The position numbers were made by a program, and so were the translations under genes. A stretch of 64,000 bases of DNA. Origin: Dehalococcoidia bacterium (GTDB taxonomy: Bacteria > Chloroflexota > Dehalococcoidia > Lucifugimonadales > UBA3495). How positions within the stretch are numbered: position 1 is the stretch's first letter; every line of letters begins with the position of its first letter. The notes below the pieces were generated by a model. That model had not been told where the DNA came from and ran no database searches. It saw only the letters and a program-made list of their open reading frames with translations. Shown here in pieces: positions 1 to 8,833 of this stretch. The stretch is taken from positions 399,935 to 463,934 of the forward strand of contig CBDBNP010000007.1 in assembly GCA_965207865.1 (NCBI GenBank), read 5' to 3'.

Positions 1-1
1 C

Positions 2-103
2 CCCGAGATGGTGGGCGCCGCCATCGTGGTGCTGCGCGTCGACCAGGTGCTAACGCTGTTCGGAGAGGTGCTGCAGGAGCGCGAGCCCGGGATGCGCTGG
101 TAG
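2..103 (+). CDS. 3' end (33 codons) of an unidentified CDS that starts upstream of the window
   Basis: The frame is open from the window edge to TAG 101-103 (...VLTLFGEVLQEREPGMRW*). It is too short for a family assignment. Confidence 0.3.
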   Translation, partial: PEMVGAAIVVLRVDQVLTLFGEVLQEREPGMRW

Positions 104-131
104 GCCGGAGTTGAGCACGGAGGGCAAAGAG

Positions 132-173
132 ACCACGGAGATTAATCTCTGCGCGCTCCGTATTCTCTGTGGT
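132..173 (-). terminator. Possible stem-loop terminator between convergent genes
   Basis: ACCACGGAGA (132-141) pairs 9/10 with TCTCTGTGGT (164-173). It contains the perfect palindrome GAGATTAATCTC (138-149). On the minus strand it is followed by TCTTTGCCCT, so the U-tract is weak. Confidence 0.3.
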
Positions 174-183
174 TAATTCCCGC

Positions 184-429
184 CTAGGCGGCGATCTTGA
201 CCCTGTCGAACTGGTCCGGATTGAGGTTGAAGGAACGACCCAGGCGCTCCCACCGGATCACCAGCCAGTGCAGTCCCGCGCCGGTGCGCCGGACGGTGGT
301 GATCTCGCCGATGTCGCCGACCTGGATGGTGTGGCCGGCTCCCTCCACGGGAGCACCCATGCTCACCCTGACCGAGAACTCCTGCACCGCTTCAACCTTG
401 GTCCCAGTCTCAAACGCTTCGCAACTCAT
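184..429 (-). CDS. Hypothetical small protein (81 aa)
   Basis: ORF co-directional with and downstream of the LLM oxidoreductase. No family recognised. Confidence 0.35.
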   Translation of the reverse strand: MSCEAFETGTKVEAVQEFSVRVSMGAPVEGAGHTIQVGDIGEITTVRRTGAGLHWLVIRWERLGRSFNLNPDQFDRVKIAA

Positions 430-509
430 CTCGCTTGCATCCTGCCCTACCTGTTGCGGGGCAAGAATCTCCTCCTAAAATGACTGGTTTCCGGAGACCC
501 CGGGCCGGT

Positions 510-1553
510 TCAGGCCAGGTTGGGCGCCACCTCCTCCATCATCAGCCGAAGGCTGTTGGCCTGGTTCTCGAGAGGGATGAGGTTGCCGAAATTGATCTCA
601 AACATGACCTGATCGAGGCCCAGCTCCGCTCCCAGCGAGTTCAGCTTGTCCGTAACCGCCTCGGGAGTGCCGTAGGCCACCTTGTCGCGAAGCCAGTCGT
701 CGTAGGTCATATTGCGCACCCGCTCGGCCTGGGCGCCCCAGTCTCCCAGCGTACCGAGACGCCCCGCGTAGCTGCCCACCCGGTCGGACAGACGGCCTAT
801 GGAGAAGAGGGCGCTGTCCATCGGTTCATCATGGGCCTTTTGGGCGTCGTGCGACAGGTAAATGGGTATGCGCAGGCCGACTTTGGCCTCGCCTTCGTGG
901 CCGGCGGCCCTCCAGGCGGCGCGGTATTCGTCGATAGAGGACTTCAATTCGGGCAGGGCAAACACCCGCGAGGGGTTGATCAGGATGTCGAACCCCATCC
1001 TCCCCAGAATCGGGAAACTCTCGGCGGAGGTAACGCCCACCCGGATGGGCGGATGAGGCTGCTGGTAGGGCTTGGGACTCACGGACATTTCCGGCAGCGT
1101 GAAATGTTCTCCTTCAAAGGAGAAGCTGTCAGTGGTCCAGGCCTTGAGGATAATCTCGATACTCTCCTCAAACCGGCCTCGGCTCTCCTCGAACGGTACC
1201 CCGAATCCCTCGTGAACGTTGGGGAAAGTGCCCCGCCCGATACCGAACTCCACGCGGCCGTCGCTGATCTGGTCCAGCGTCGCGATCTCCTCGGCGACAC
1301 GCACCGGGTTGGCCAGCGGCAGCAGTAGCACGGCCGTTCCCACACGGATGTTTTGAGTGCGTGCGGCAATGGCGGTCAGGATGGTTACGGGGCTGGCAAG
1401 TACCCTTGCGGGGTTGAAATGATACTCGGCCATCCAAACGGAGGGCACTCCCAGGTCCTCGGCCTGGTCGACGAGAGCGAAGGATTCCTTGAAGGCTTCG
1501 TTTTCGTTGGAACCTTCCCGTACGGGGAACTCCAGGAACAATCCGAGTTCCAT
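510..1553 (-). CDS. LLM-class (luciferase-like) flavin-dependent oxidoreductase
   Basis: MELGLFLEF... N-terminus and ...VWMAEYHF...RVGTAVLLLPLANPVRVAEEIATLDQISDGRVEFGIGRG... are typical of bacterial luciferase-like monooxygenases. Start moved to ATG 1553, which is preceded by GGAGG. Confidence 0.85.
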   Translation of the reverse strand: MELGLFLEFPVREGSNENEAFKESFALVDQAEDLGVPSVWMAEYHFNPARVLASPVTILTAIAARTQNIRVGTAVLLLPLANPVRVAEEIATLDQISDGRVEFGIGRGTFPNVHEGFGVPFEESRGRFEESIEIILKAWTTDSFSFEGEHFTLPEMSVSPKPYQQPHPPIRVGVTSAESFPILGRMGFDILINPSRVFALPELKSSIDEYRAAWRAAGHEGEAKVGLRIPIYLSHDAQKAHDEPMDSALFSIGRLSDRVGSYAGRLGTLGDWGAQAERVRNMTYDDWLRDKVAYGTPEAVTDKLNSLGAELGLDQVMFEINFGNLIPLENQANSLRLMMEEVAPNLA

Positions 1554-1750
1554 GACAACCTCCGCAGCCAAGACCGCAGTGTGTTTACCCTTCAGGCTGG
1601 TGGATAGTGCGGTTGATTGTACAGGGTGGGCAACGGCCGTCAAGCCGCAGCGGTCATCCCTTGGTTCAGGTTCGGCAGCACCGGCTGGCAAGGCTTAACC
1701 GCGACCAACTTACGATCCGTCGAGCATCATCCTGGCGCGCCGAGACAGGT

Positions 1751-2830
1751 TCATCTTGGGACCTGATCGTCTCCTCTCAAAGGAGGACGGGTCTGACGGA
1801 GTTGCATGTGCGGCTGGACCACCACCTTGAGCGACTCGGAGGCATCCGCGGTGAGCTGAAAGCCGACACCGGTCTCCTCCAGTGGCAGACGATGGGAGAT
1901 CATGTCGCCAACCTGCACGCGACCCGAGGCGATGAGGTCCAGCGCGGTGGTCAGGTCCCCGGGGGCTGCGGCATAGGTGGTGGCGAGGGTTGCCCCGTTG
2001 CGGAAGAAAACATCGTTGATGGATACGGGCAGCTCCACGCCCGGCTCGGTGGGCGCGTAGAAAAGCACCGTCCCATCGCGGTCCACCGAATCCAGGGCCT
2101 GCTGCAGGGCGGGTCGGGCCCCGGTTGCCACAATTACGACGTCAGCCAAGCGCCCGTCATTGACCTCGCGCAGCTTGTCCGGCGTGAACTGATCGGCTCG
2201 CAGTGTCTCGTCGGCGCCAAAGCGTCGGGCGGCCTCCAGGCGGAAGTCCGACAGGTCGGTGGAAACGATCCTTCCCGCTCCGACGGCGCGGGCAAGGTTT
2301 ATGTGCAGCAGCCCGGCGAGACCGCTACCCAGCACCAGCACCGACTGCCCAGGCTGAAGGTTGGCGCGGCGCTGGCCCCGATACACACAGGCCAGTGGCT
2401 CGGCAACGGAGGCCTCGGGGAGGGTTACTCCAGGAGGAATCGGGATGGCGCCCCGGTCCACGTTGATCGCCGGTAGACGGACATACTCGCAGAATCCGCC
2501 GGGGTCGAAGTTGGTGGCGCGCAGGGTGTCGCAGACAGTGTGGCTACCGTTGAGACAGTACCGGCAGGAATTGCAGGGAACGTGGTGCGTAACGACCAGC
2601 CTGTCGCTTTCGCGGAACCGGGTCACGCCGTCCCCCACTTCGACCACCGTGCCCGCAACCTCGTGGCCCAGCACCAGGGGAGCACGCTGGATCCGGTACC
2701 ACTCCATCACGTCGCTGCCGCAGATGCCGCTGGCGTCTATCCGGAGCAACAGCTCACCAGGGCCGATTTCTGGTCGCGGCATCTCCTCGATGCGGACGTC
2801 GCTGTTGCTGTAGTACATGGCTACGCGCAT
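1751..2830 (-). CDS. Zn-dependent alcohol/polyol dehydrogenase (MDR family)
   Basis: GICGSDVMEW, GHEVAGTVVEVG, the structural Zn Cys cluster CNSCRYCLNGSHTVC and the Rossmann motif VLVLGSGLAG. Start at MRVAMYY (2830). Confidence 0.85.
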   Translation of the reverse strand: MRVAMYYSNSDVRIEEMPRPEIGPGELLLRIDASGICGSDVMEWYRIQRAPLVLGHEVAGTVVEVGDGVTRFRESDRLVVTHHVPCNSCRYCLNGSHTVCDTLRATNFDPGGFCEYVRLPAINVDRGAIPIPPGVTLPEASVAEPLACVYRGQRRANLQPGQSVLVLGSGLAGLLHINLARAVGAGRIVSTDLSDFRLEAARRFGADETLRADQFTPDKLREVNDGRLADVVIVATGARPALQQALDSVDRDGTVLFYAPTEPGVELPVSINDVFFRNGATLATTYAAAPGDLTTALDLIASGRVQVGDMISHRLPLEETGVGFQLTADASESLKVVVQPHMQLRQTRPPLRGDDQVPR

Positions 2831-2880
2831 GGTGGCCTGCCTCACTGATGGGACTCCCCTAGGTGTTGATAGCCTGTATT

Positions 2881-2917
2881 CCACCCCCATCAAAACCCAC
2901 CCCCATCAAGGGGGAGG
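2881..2917 (+). repeat. REP-like intergenic element, copy A (CACCCCCATCAA duplicated, hairpin CCCCC-ATCAA-GGGGG)
   Basis: Seen directly: ccacccccatcaaaacccacccccatcaagggggagg, lying between the aldolase stop and the ADH start. Confidence 0.5.
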
Positions 2918-2963
2918 TAACTATCCGGTGGCGAGTGTGGCTTATGGGCAGCTGGATTACCGG

Positions 2964-3782
2964 CTAGTCGGGGACACCGACCAGTTCGGCGGACTCGGCG
3001 CGAACGGCACTGAAAATTTCCACGGCCTCATCGACTGTGCCGTTGCCGTGGACGATGTGGCGAAGCGCTCGAATCATGGGCACGGGGTGGGGGCTCTGCC
3101 AGATATTGCGGCCCAGGTTGATGCCGATGGCGCCGTTCTGCATGCCGTCGTGGACGAACTCCAGTACCTCGCGCTCGGTGTCGGCCCTGGGACCTCCGGC
3201 CATGACCACCGGCACCGGGCAGCCGTTGACCACGCGGTCGAAGCCGTCGTCGCACCAGTAGGTCTTGACGACCTTGGCACCCATCTCGGCGCAGATGCGG
3301 CAGGCCATGGCGAGGTAGCGGGAGTCGCGCTGGTCCAACTCGCGCCCAACGGCGGTTACGGCCATCACCGGGATACCGTACTTTTCGCCTTCGTCAACCA
3401 GCTTGCCGAGGTTGAGGATGGACTGCTTCTGGTATTCGGACCCAACAAACACGGATATGCCGACGGCGGAGACGTTAAGCCGGACGGCATCCTCCATGGA
3501 AGTGGTGACACCTTCGTCTGCCAAGTCTCCTGTCACCATGCTGGTGCCTCCGGAGACGCGGAGAATCAGCGGCTTGGTGTCTGCCGGGTCGACGACGGAC
3601 CGGACCACGCCGCGGGTGGCGAAGAGCGCGTCGGCGTAGGGCATGAGCGGTGCGATGGTCTCTCCGGGCCGTTCCAGGTTTCGGGTGGGACCCTGGAAAT
3701 ACCCATGGTCCACGGGAAGGAACATGCACTTCCCGTCGGATTGAACAAGCTGCGCCAACCGGTTGGCCATTCCCCAGTCCAT
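2964..3782 (-). CDS. Class I aldolase, DhnA/FbaB/LsrF family
   Basis: ...MFLPVDHGYFQGP..., ...AKVVKTYW... (Schiff-base Lys context) and GINLGRNIWQ are typical of the DeoC/LacD-type class I aldolase (LsrF/AroA'-like) family. Confidence 0.8.
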   Translation of the reverse strand: MDWGMANRLAQLVQSDGKCMFLPVDHGYFQGPTRNLERPGETIAPLMPYADALFATRGVVRSVVDPADTKPLILRVSGGTSMVTGDLADEGVTTSMEDAVRLNVSAVGISVFVGSEYQKQSILNLGKLVDEGEKYGIPVMAVTAVGRELDQRDSRYLAMACRICAEMGAKVVKTYWCDDGFDRVVNGCPVPVVMAGGPRADTEREVLEFVHDGMQNGAIGINLGRNIWQSPHPVPMIRALRHIVHGNGTVDEAVEIFSAVRAESAELVGVPD

Positions 3783-4268
3783 GTGCTGCCTCCTGCGGTG
3801 CGAGTCAAAACCGCGCTTGAATTTTGCAGGTCATTATCGCCGGAAGGGGCAGAGGCGGGCAAGGAGGGCAAACTGGGCAAGGGGCTATTCAATTCGCCAG
3901 CGCAGCTTCTGGCTCGTTAACAGAGATTACGGCCTGCCCCAACAAATTTCTATATGCCAAATGCACAAACAGCCTTTGACTTTGGTGACGAGCATCGTAT
4001 TAAGGGACCGCAGAGACCGCGGCGGAAGTAAAAGGGGATGAAAATGCAGGGATTCCGGCACCTTGGGATGAGCTTGTCGGCGCCTCCATGTGCGTTTCTT
4101 GGGCTAGCGGACGGATGAGGCGGCAAGGTAAAGTGCTCGAACGCGACAATCTGGAGAATCGTTAGCTATCCCTCCCTCACAGGTCCGAACCCTGTCGCCG
4201 CACCAATTTCACCACGATTGAAAACCCGTTAGAATGCCCGGGAAGAGATCCTAGAGGGGAATGCCCGA

Positions 4269-4364
4269 ATGGAAGCAGTCGTTCTGAAGCTGCTCTTGGT
4301 CCTGGTTGGCTCCCTGGGACTCTTCATCGCTGTCTGGGCTGCTGTGGCAGTAAAGTTTCCTTGA
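4269..4364 (+). CDS. Candidate 31-aa hydrophobic mini-protein (MEAVVLKLLLVLVGSLGLFIAVWAAVAVKFP)
   Basis: ATG 9 nt after GAGGGG (4254-4259). A single predicted TM helix. It lies in an otherwise unassigned 929-bp gap and is not in the ORF track (<60 aa). Confidence 0.2.
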   Translation: MEAVVLKLLLVLVGSLGLFIAVWAAVAVKFP

Positions 4365-4656
4365 GCGCATACAGGATTGTACGGGTCGGTCGGCCTGATG
4401 GCTCTGTGGTTGGCAATCTACTTGCCAGTCCTCGGTTGGGCGATCTGACGGCCGGGGATTGGCGCGCGAAACTATTACCGACTCTGCTGCGGCTGGATTA
4501 TTCTGGTTATGCCTGCAAACCGGCGGCGGGCGATGCAGCTGGTTGTCAAGTTGCTGTATCGTGGGAGCTATCACCGTGAATTCCCCAAAATCCGGACATT
4601 CCCCGCAGGATTGGCCGGACTCCAATCGAGTCCATCCGTCTGCCTGAAAGGTCATT

Positions 4657-4673
4657 ACGCGCTATAATCGCGT
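4657..4673 (+). promoter_or_regulatory. Possible -10 box (TATAAT 4663-4668) embedded in inverted repeat ACGCG-N7-CGCGT, upstream of the LigB-type dioxygenase
   Basis: Consensus TATAAT lies 43 nt upstream of ATG 4712. The -35 is poor (CTGCCT at 17-nt spacing). The flanking 5-bp inverted repeat could be an operator. Confidence 0.3.
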
Positions 4674-4711
4674 CAACATCAACCGTCGACCAGCAATATA
4701 GGAGGCGCTGC

Positions 4712-5785
4712 ATGGCAGAGATATTGGGCCTTGGCGTTACGCATTCTCCGTCGCTGATCAATCCTGATGAGTTGAAGAATTACTCGCTGACCCGCGCCCT
4801 CCGCAACGACCGCATCCCCGCGGAGCTCAAGAATCCGGAGAATTGGCCCGACGCCATGCGCCAGGAGTGGGGCGACGACGAGGGATACACCTCGGCCCTT
4901 TTCCAGCGCGAAAAGCTGGTGTCTGGCTTCCGAAAGGTGCGGGCGGAACTGGACGCCTTCAGACCTGACGTCGTCCTGGTTTGGGGCGACGACCAGTACG
5001 AGAACTTCAGGGAAGACATCATCCCGGCATTCTGCGTCATGGCCCATGAAGAGTATGAGTGCCGCCCGTTCGCTATGAACAGCGGGGCGACTCGCCCCAA
5101 CGTGTGGGGCGAACCAGCTGACAAAAACTTCAATTACAAGGGGCACCCCTCGGCGCGTTACCTGACGGGCGCACTGATTGAAGACGGTTTCGACGTGGCT
5201 TACGCCTACAAGCCGCTGCACGAGCAGGGACTGGGCCATGCGTTCCTGAACACGCTGCTCTACCTGGACTACGACCGCGTCGGCTTCGACTACCCGGTGA
5301 TCCCGTTCGCCATCAACTGCTACGGCAGCCGGGTCATCCGCAACCGCGGGGGCGCCACGCCGCAGACGGTCAACGGCCCTGATGGAACCTCGAGGGAAGT
5401 ACCGCCGGACCCGCCCGGCCCCTCGCCGAAACGCTGCATGGAACTGGGGGCCGCCGCGGCCCGGGCGATGCAGGCCAGCCCGTGGCGGGTGGCGTTGATC
5501 GCATCGTCCAGCTGGTCGCACGCCTTCCTGACCGAGAAGAACTGGTGGCTGTACTGTGACGTGGAGTCCGACAAGGCGCGGTTCGAGGAGCTCAAGGCCG
5601 GCGACTACGAGGCGTGGCGTGGGCTGACCACCGCTCAGGTGGAGGATGCCGGGCAGCAGGAGATGCTGAACTGGATGTGCCTCGCCGGCGCGCTGTCGGA
5701 ACTGAATCGCAAGCCGGAGATCGTGGAGTTCCAGCAGACCTACGTGCACAACTCCAGCAAGTGCCTCGTGGTTGCGCGTCCGTAG
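4712..5785 (+). CDS. Class III (LigB-superfamily) extradiol ring-cleavage dioxygenase
   Basis: The N-terminus MAEILGLGVTHSPSL and overall layout resemble protocatechuate 4,5-/gallate dioxygenase-type enzymes. A strong RBS AGGAGG precedes ATG 4712. Confidence 0.75.
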   Translation: MAEILGLGVTHSPSLINPDELKNYSLTRALRNDRIPAELKNPENWPDAMRQEWGDDEGYTSALFQREKLVSGFRKVRAELDAFRPDVVLVWGDDQYENFREDIIPAFCVMAHEEYECRPFAMNSGATRPNVWGEPADKNFNYKGHPSARYLTGALIEDGFDVAYAYKPLHEQGLGHAFLNTLLYLDYDRVGFDYPVIPFAINCYGSRVIRNRGGATPQTVNGPDGTSREVPPDPPGPSPKRCMELGAAAARAMQASPWRVALIASSSWSHAFLTEKNWWLYCDVESDKARFEELKAGDYEAWRGLTTAQVEDAGQQEMLNWMCLAGALSELNRKPEIVEFQQTYVHNSSKCLVVARP

Positions 5786-5952
5786 CACCCATTGCACTGC
5801 CGGGGCAGAGTAAACACATAGGGCCCTTGAATTCATGACCCCCACGAACAAACGAAGGCGCGGTGAAAGTGCTCCGCGCCTTATTGTATACTTGGGCCAA
5901 TTGCAGGTGTGCTGTGGTGCGCCCTGACCCTGTCGACATGGAGGGTGTCCGG

Positions 5953-7254
5953 ATGGCGACAACGACGAGCCGAACGCTGGGAAGCATTGTCGATCTCGAC
6001 GGCGGCCAGATCAGCCGCGAGATCTTCATCAACGAGGACATTTACGCCCAGGAACAGGAGCAGGTGTTCTCCAGGGCGTGGCTGTTCGTGGGCCACGAGA
6101 CCCAGGTCCCCAAGCCCGGCGATTACTTCGTGTCCAGCATGGGCGAGGAATCTGTCATCCTGTGCCGGGACCGGGAGGGCGAGGTCCACGTCTTCCTGAA
6201 TTCCTGCACCCACCGCGGTATGAAAGTCTGCCGCTATGACGAGGGCAACACACCCGTGTTCAGCTGCCCGTATCACGGCTGGAGCTTCGCCACAGACGGC
6301 AAGCTGGTCGGCGTACCTTACTTCAAGGATGCCTACAAAGGCGCGCTGGACAAGTCGCAGTGGGGCCTCATTGAGGTGCCGCAGATGTACAACTACAAGG
6401 GCGGCATCTGGGCGTGCTGGGACAAAAACGGTCCGTCGTTCCAGGAGTACGTCGGCGACTTCTCCATGTATCTCGACCTGCTGATGGACGGCCGGGACGG
6501 CAGCGAGGCCGGATCGGAAATACTCGGAGGCGTCCAGAAGTGGACCATGCCCAACAACTGGAAATTCGCCGCCGAGAATTTCGCCGGGGACGGCTACCAC
6601 AACATCAGCCACCGCTCGGTCGACATGGTGGGCATAGGCCCCAGCGGCCTGGGCCGTCGCGACGATGCCGAGTACAAGGCAGGACGCCGCATCAACGTCT
6701 CGATGCCTGGCCGAGGCCATGCTGCGGTTGTGGAGTTGTTCGGGCCCGAAACTCCGCAGGTAGCCACTTATCAGAATAAGGCAGACGTGGGTGAGTACTT
6801 CCGGTACATGGAGTCGGAACGCCGTCGCCGCCTTGACGGCAGGACGAACCTGCTGGGTGTGGTGGGGACTGTATTTCCCAACATGTCGTACCTGGCCCGC
6901 CAGCCACGCTCCATCGCCGTCTGGCACCCCCGCGGCCCGAACCTTACGGAGGCCTGGCGCTGGTTCCTGGTGGACAAGGACACCCCCGAAGAGGTCAAGG
7001 ATGTCCTGCGCCATTACTACATCCGCTACTCCGGCCCGGGCGGAATGACCGAGCAGGACGACATGGAGAACTGGAACTACGCCCACAAGGCCAGCCGGGG
7101 AGCCATCGCGCGGCGCAAGCCGTACAACTACCAGATGGGTATCGGTCACTTCGCCGACGACGTGGACCTTCCCGGCGTGCTGACCGAGGGTATCTGCGAG
7201 GAAAACGCGAGGGGTTTCTATTCCGGCTGGGTCGGTATGATGGACGCCAAATAG
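5953..7254 (+). CDS. Rieske non-heme iron ring-hydroxylating oxygenase, alpha subunit (paralog 1)
   Basis: Rieske motif CTHRGMKVC...CPYHGWSF and mononuclear Fe motif DGYHNISHRS. Start at ATG 5953 after GGAGGG. Confidence 0.9.
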   Translation: MATTTSRTLGSIVDLDGGQISREIFINEDIYAQEQEQVFSRAWLFVGHETQVPKPGDYFVSSMGEESVILCRDREGEVHVFLNSCTHRGMKVCRYDEGNTPVFSCPYHGWSFATDGKLVGVPYFKDAYKGALDKSQWGLIEVPQMYNYKGGIWACWDKNGPSFQEYVGDFSMYLDLLMDGRDGSEAGSEILGGVQKWTMPNNWKFAAENFAGDGYHNISHRSVDMVGIGPSGLGRRDDAEYKAGRRINVSMPGRGHAAVVELFGPETPQVATYQNKADVGEYFRYMESERRRRLDGRTNLLGVVGTVFPNMSYLARQPRSIAVWHPRGPNLTEAWRWFLVDKDTPEEVKDVLRHYYIRYSGPGGMTEQDDMENWNYAHKASRGAIARRKPYNYQMGIGHFADDVDLPGVLTEGICEENARGFYSGWVGMMDAK

Positions 7255-7255
7255 C

Positions 7256-7303
7256 AAATTTCCCTCCCCCTCAGGGGGAGTGATAGGGTTGGGGTGAATC
7301 CCC
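7256..7303 (-). repeat. REP-like intergenic element, copy B (reverse orientation)
   Basis: aaatttccctccccctcagggggagtgatagggttggggtgaatcccc, with hairpin CTCCCCC-TCA-GGGGGAG (7264-7280). The reverse complement reads ATTCACCCCAACCCTATCACTCCCCCTGAGGGGGAGGGAAATT. Confidence 0.6.
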
Positions 7304-7370
7304 GCCAAGTACAAATTCCCGAAAGAAAATTCAAACGCATGGCAACAAACACACGATAGGAGGATTCATC

Positions 7371-8252
7371 ATGGCCAATGTTACCCAATTGGGCTATATC
7401 GGTATCAGCGCGAGCAACATCGAAGAGTGGGAGCATTTCGGCACCGAGGTACTGGGGCTGCAGTCCAACGGCGTCGACGCCAATGGCGTGCTGTCCATGC
7501 GAATGGATGAGTACAGCCACCGGTTTATCGTCAGCCCGACGGGCAAGGATGACGTGGAGTTCGTAGGCTTCCAAGTCACCGACCGTGAGGCCCTCGCCGA
7601 GATGGCGGAGCAGCTGCGCGACGCGGGCATCGAGGTGTCCACGGGCACGCCCGACGAGGCCATGGAGCGCAAGGTCGAGGGGCTGATCAAGTTCGAGGAC
7701 CCCGACGGCACGCCCACCGAGGTCTACTACGGCCCGCCAGTGAGCTTTGACAATCCGTTCAACTCGCCACGCCCAATCTCCGGCTTCGTTACCGGCGAGC
7801 AGGGTCTGGGCCATGTGGTGTACCACGTCGACGACCTCGACCGGGCAGTTGCCTTCTACCGCGACGTGCTGGGCATGAAAATCAGCGACTACATTCGCAA
7901 CCTGGTCTTCTTCCACTGCAACCCGCGCCATCACACACTGGCACTGATCGAGGCCAAGGGCCGCGCCACCAAGAAGCTCAACCACTTCATGGTGCAGACC
8001 CAGGGCATGAACGACGTCGGCTCCACCTACGACAAGGTGCTTGACGCCCAGGACATCAGCATCACCCGCGGACTGGGCCGCCACACCAACGACCACATGA
8101 CGTCCTTCTACATGAAGACTCCCTCAGGCTTCGATGTGGAGTACGGCTGGGGCGCCCGCACTGTGGACGACGCCACCTGGCAGGTGGTGCGCCACGAGAA
8201 GGGCAGCATCTGGGGCCACCGCCCCGTGCCGCAGCCCGCTGCCGCGGACTAG
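7371..8252 (+). CDS. Type I (vicinal-oxygen-chelate, BphC/HsaC-like) extradiol dioxygenase
   Basis: Two-domain VOC layout: LGYIGISASNIEEW..., ...GLGHVVYHVDDLDRAVAFYRDVLGM..., HHTLAL, GRHTNDHMTSFYMKTPSGFDVEYG. RBS AGGAGG. Confidence 0.9.
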   Translation: MANVTQLGYIGISASNIEEWEHFGTEVLGLQSNGVDANGVLSMRMDEYSHRFIVSPTGKDDVEFVGFQVTDREALAEMAEQLRDAGIEVSTGTPDEAMERKVEGLIKFEDPDGTPTEVYYGPPVSFDNPFNSPRPISGFVTGEQGLGHVVYHVDDLDRAVAFYRDVLGMKISDYIRNLVFFHCNPRHHTLALIEAKGRATKKLNHFMVQTQGMNDVGSTYDKVLDAQDISITRGLGRHTNDHMTSFYMKTPSGFDVEYGWGARTVDDATWQVVRHEKGSIWGHRPVPQPAAAD

Positions 8253-8269
8253 ACGGGAGCAGGCGATCA

Positions 8270-8833
8270 ATGGCCGATTTACCTCCTTTACCTGAACCAG
8301 GAATTCAAAGAGCAGAGGACCGCCGTACAATCGGACGGCGGTTCCTCTATCAAGCCGCGCAACACCTGTTGGATGGCGATCGCCTGCAGGCCGGGGAGAA
8401 GGCTTGGGGCGCCATAGCGCAAAATTTGAAGGTCATCGGCGAGTTACGCGGGTGGCACCACGGAAGCCATCAACAGATCGAAAACATTGGGCGTCAAATT
8501 GTCCTGGAGTTCGGTGATGTTGAACTCAGTGAACTCCTTTCTGAGGTGTACCACAACGGCCACCAAAACTTCTACGAGAATCAACGAACTCTCGCTGAGA
8601 TGAGGGGGACGATAGACGCGGCAGAACAAGCCCTGCACGCACTGGAAGGCTTGCAGCAGATTATGCCCCGACCATTCACAATTACCTCAAGCACCCAGCT
8701 CAGGCGGCTACGGGCGCTCACAGGCCGTGATGAACTGCAGATTGGCGACACTTCCCCGGTGGGGTTCTCCCTAAAACACGCGGCTGGCGACAACGAATTC
8801 GAACCCATTGACGACGGCAACTCGGAGCATTAG
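8270..8833 (+). CDS. PaREP1-like (HEPN-superfamily) domain protein with an unassigned C-terminal half
   Basis: EKAWGAIAQNLKVIGELRGWHHGSHQQI...EVYHNGHQNFYEN matches my recollection of the archaeal PaREP1 signature (KaWgA...K...SH...H.nFYE). Its stop TAG 8831-8833 abuts ATG 8834 of the next gene. Confidence 0.5.
   Translation: MADLPPLPEPGIQRAEDRRTIGRRFLYQAAQHLLDGDRLQAGEKAWGAIAQNLKVIGELRGWHHGSHQQIENIGRQIVLEFGDVELSELLSEVYHNGHQNFYENQRTLAEMRGTIDAAEQALHALEGLQQIMPRPFTITSSTQLRRLRALTGRDELQIGDTSPVGFSLKHAAGDNEFEPIDDGNSEH

Noticed and set aside
4251-4655. 134-aa minus-strand ORF and overlapping plus-strand ORFs (4361-4579, 4459-4647) in the large intergenic gap.
   Set aside because: They overlap one another, have odd amino-acid composition (Gln/Pro/Ser/Cys-rich), lack an RBS and show no recognisable domain. 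The region is kept only as an unexplained gap in the findings.
5881-7314. 477-aa minus-strand ORF antisense to Rieske alpha subunit 1. Similar cases are 9727-11124 (minus), 4679-5962 (minus), 7218-8096 (minus) and 8771-9727 (minus).
   Set aside because: These are shadow ORFs typical of high-GC DNA. Each overlaps a gene with unmistakable family motifs on the other strand. Their translations are Arg/Gly/Ala/Val/His-rich and match no family.
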